This document shows positions 38,015-40,720 of a DNA stretch of 40,720 nt, piece by piece. The DNA lies in NCBI GenBank assembly GCA_943704425.1, contig CALSCP010002424.1, forward strand, positions 37,476 through 78,195, read 5' to 3'. The stretch's first letter is position 1. The number at the start of each line of letters is the position of its first letter. The DNA is from Ministeria vibrans ATCC 50519. Lineage: Eukaryota; Protista; Filasterea. The notes under the pieces are model-generated. The model was not told where the DNA came from. It did no database searches and saw only the letters and a list, made by a program, of their open reading frames with translations. Made by a program: the position numbers and the translations under genes.

Positions 38015-40546
38015 ATGTCATCTGAGCGTGCGCCTCTACTGCTTGAACCCGAGGACGAGGAGGGCGACGTGGTGGGCGCGCTGACGCCCACAGCGACTCC
38101 GACAGCGACAGACCACAGTCACATGAAAGGGTCCTCGTCCACTGGGTCACGCAAGGTGCGCAAGCGCCGCCCCATCAGCACAGGCTCCATGCTTGAGGCC
38201 TTGGCGGCAGGCGCCGACTACAGTGCTGCTGCGGCCATGGCGCAAAAGCGAAAACAAGTCCAGGAGGTTCTGGCGGCGCTTGGGTCCGATGACAGCGACG
38301 CCGACGACTCCCCCGCCGCGCCGACCGCCTCAGTGCCCTTGCCGTCGTCCCTGCCAAAGGCTCGCGGCAGCCAAAAGCGTCGCGCGGTCTCGTTTGCTCC
38401 CGTTGCCGAAGTGCCGCTCACCGAAGCACCGCGCGCATCGAAACGCGACAGTTCCGTCAATGTGAGCACCGCCAGCAGCACTGCGAGTGCCTCGGCTGCC
38501 GCCGGGTCAACCCCCGAGTACGGCATGCCGGGTCGCGTACGACGCGTGCGTCGCGGCAAGGCACAGTCGGTCATGATGTCCAGCACCAGCACCAGTCGAG
38601 TTGACGAGAGCGATTTGGACGACTCGCTGCGCCACGAGCCCGAAGTGCGCAAGCCAGTCGTCACAACCACCGCCAAACCCATGACTATTGGGCGTCTGCT
38701 CGACTCGGCCGCCGTGCCCATTGCTGGCACGCATCACCATCACCATCACCACCACCAACAACACAACGACTCGCTCAACGTGGCCGTCCCACAGCTGTCG
38801 GCTTCTCTACCCGCAGAACGCTCCGCTCTCGACATCTACGTGCCCACCAAGCAGTTGCGGTCGGCCATGCGAAACACCTCCAGTGGCGGTGGTCTAGCCG
38901 AGGTGGCAGCGACGGCGGCAGCCGCTTCGCCCACCCCCAAATCGACGGGCGGTCGCTCGGCCCGCCCCGTTTCAGTGCGCTTTGGACCGGCGCACGTCTT
39001 TGGCGAAGAAGGGGGCACCAGTGGCGACGAGTCAAGTGGCGGCGCGTCGCGACGTGTGGTCAGCTCACCGCCCAGCTCGCTCAAGGCAAAGCGGGGCAAA
39101 CGCACGTCGCGACCCAAGACGACGGGCGACGTGCTCGACACGGTTATTGCCGCGGAGATGATGGCCGAACAACTGCGAGAGGACCAGGACCAGGAGGCGG
39201 CAGAGAGCTCGTGGGAGCCACGGTCGCGCACGGCAAGCATGACAAGCACAGCGAGTGTCGATGGCGGTCGACGACGCACACGCCAGCGCCGTGCAACGAC
39301 ATGGGGCGCCGCCATGGCCAACACACTGTGGCAGCCGCCCATTGTGGGCATGCTTATTGGGCGTGACGACAAGCAGCGTGCCGAGCAGGAGCAGGCGCTG
39401 TTGCCCCCGGCACAGCTCAATCGTAGCCGCTCGTCGTCGGTGCGATCGTGGCGTCCGTACGCCCGCGAGCGCTCCTCCACTCTCATCTCGACACAGAGCG
39501 GTCTCTCTGCGACGGGCACGGACTACGATGACAACGACTACGACTACGACTACGACTACGACGACCAAAGCATCATGAACTACGGCGACGAAGACGACCT
39601 TGACGTCGACGTCGAAGTGGGCGCCAGCGATATGAGCCAGCTCAAGCTCATGCCCGTCATCTTTTGCTTTTTTTTCATGGGCCTCTCCGCCTTTATCATA
39701 CCCGAGTCTATTGTCATTCAGGCGCAGTTCTTCAGCATCTGCGAACTGTACGGTGCCGACTTCTACATTGTTGCCATTGGCGCACTCTTCCTGCCTTCTC
39801 TTTTTACCCAGCTCGTTCTCAATCACTTTGACTTGGGGTTCGATCGTCGCTTCGGCTCCATTGCCACCAACACTATTCGCATTCTCGTGGGCAACGCAGC
39901 GCAAATCATCACGCTTATTGTGCTCCTTGTGCTGCTGTCGCGCCACGACATTGACGGGACGGAGCACATGAGCAAGGCCAAACAGAACATTTTGCTGTGC
40001 GTCGTGATGGGCATTCAGGGCATTGGTCTGTCTCTCGCATACGGCACCTACTCACAGTCAGTCTCGTACTTTCCCGAGAAGTGCCACGGCCTCTTCTTTA
40101 TGGGCACCATGACAGCCTTTGTCATCCTCATGCCCGTCAATGCGGCGACCGGTGAGCTGTGCCACGAGCAAGACAACGAGCGCGTTGCCATGTGGACGCG
40201 TGCCACCGTCTACTACACCTTTGCGTGTGTCATCAACATTGGTGGTTCTATTGCGTACATTGTGCTCACGCGTTGCACTCGCGCCGGTGCCTTCTACTTC
40301 AACCTCAAGGACCAACAGCTGCGCGAGAGCACCGAGCTTGAGAAGCTTCTCAAGCGCGGCAAGAAGAAGAACATGTTTACCGTCGACGATGCGCTCATCA
40401 CAACGCTCACTGCACACGTCGTGCCGTCGTACCGCGAGATTATTGGGGCCATTTGGCCTCAGATGTACGTTCAGATTGTCACGCTTGTGGCGTCACTCAT
40501 GACCAGCAGTCAGTATTCGCGTTTGCCACACTCTCAAATTGAAACG
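38015..40546 (+). CDS. Equilibrative nucleoside transporter (SLC29)-like protein with a very long disordered N-terminus; continues beyond the window
   Basis: About 540 aa of low-complexity N-terminus, then multiple TM helices. FFFMGLSAFIIPESIV (ENT TM1-like G....P) and GLSLAYGTYSQSVSYFPEKCHGLFFMG (ENT TM4-5-like). Donor GT at 40547. Confidence 0.62.
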
Positions 40547-40559
40547 GTAACAATCAATA

Positions 40560-40680
40560 TTAAATATTAATATAATATAATATATAATTATAATTATAAT
40601 ATAATAATATAATATTATAATTATAATTATATAATATAATTATAATAATTATAATTATATATATATATATATTTTGTGTA

Positions 40681-40720
<40 letters not shown>
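40560..40720. repeat. AT-only low-complexity tract then (GT)n, in the ENT-like gene intron
   Basis: Direct inspection. Confidence 0.9.

Overview
Gene-dense, intron-rich eukaryotic DNA. Introns are short GT-AG and often carry (GT/CA)n or CT/AG microsatellites, and intergenic spacers are AT-rich and often under 150 bp. The gene set (nucleobindin, calpain-5, LIN54, LIS1, RECQL4, Ras) and intron style suggest a unicellular holozoan, most likely a choanoflagellate; this is an inference. About 20 protein-coding genes can be reconstructed by hand-splicing: a partial coiled-coil gene, sialate O-acetylesterase, ArfGAP2/3, NDUFB4-like, ABCF3, nucleobindin, gankyrin/PSMD10-like, an arylsulfatase, a secreted EF-hand protein, GET2/CAML, a possible Nnf1/PMF1, a GH110-like beta-helix glycosidase, calpain-5, RECQL4, class II fumarase, Ras, LIN54/tesmin, a metallophosphoesterase, LIS1 and an ENT-like transporter. 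The most striking anomaly is the Ras gene, whose exons lie in genomic order 1-3-4-2-5-6. Splice phases fit only the canonical order, so this is either a mis-assembly at poly-T runs next to an N gap (more likely) or a truly scrambled gene needing trans-splicing. Other points of interest are a bacterial-type fumarase without a mitochondrial presequence, an intron-containing GH110-like enzyme, and several small genes and structured elements missed by the ORF track. Gene identities rest on recalled family motifs; no searches were run.
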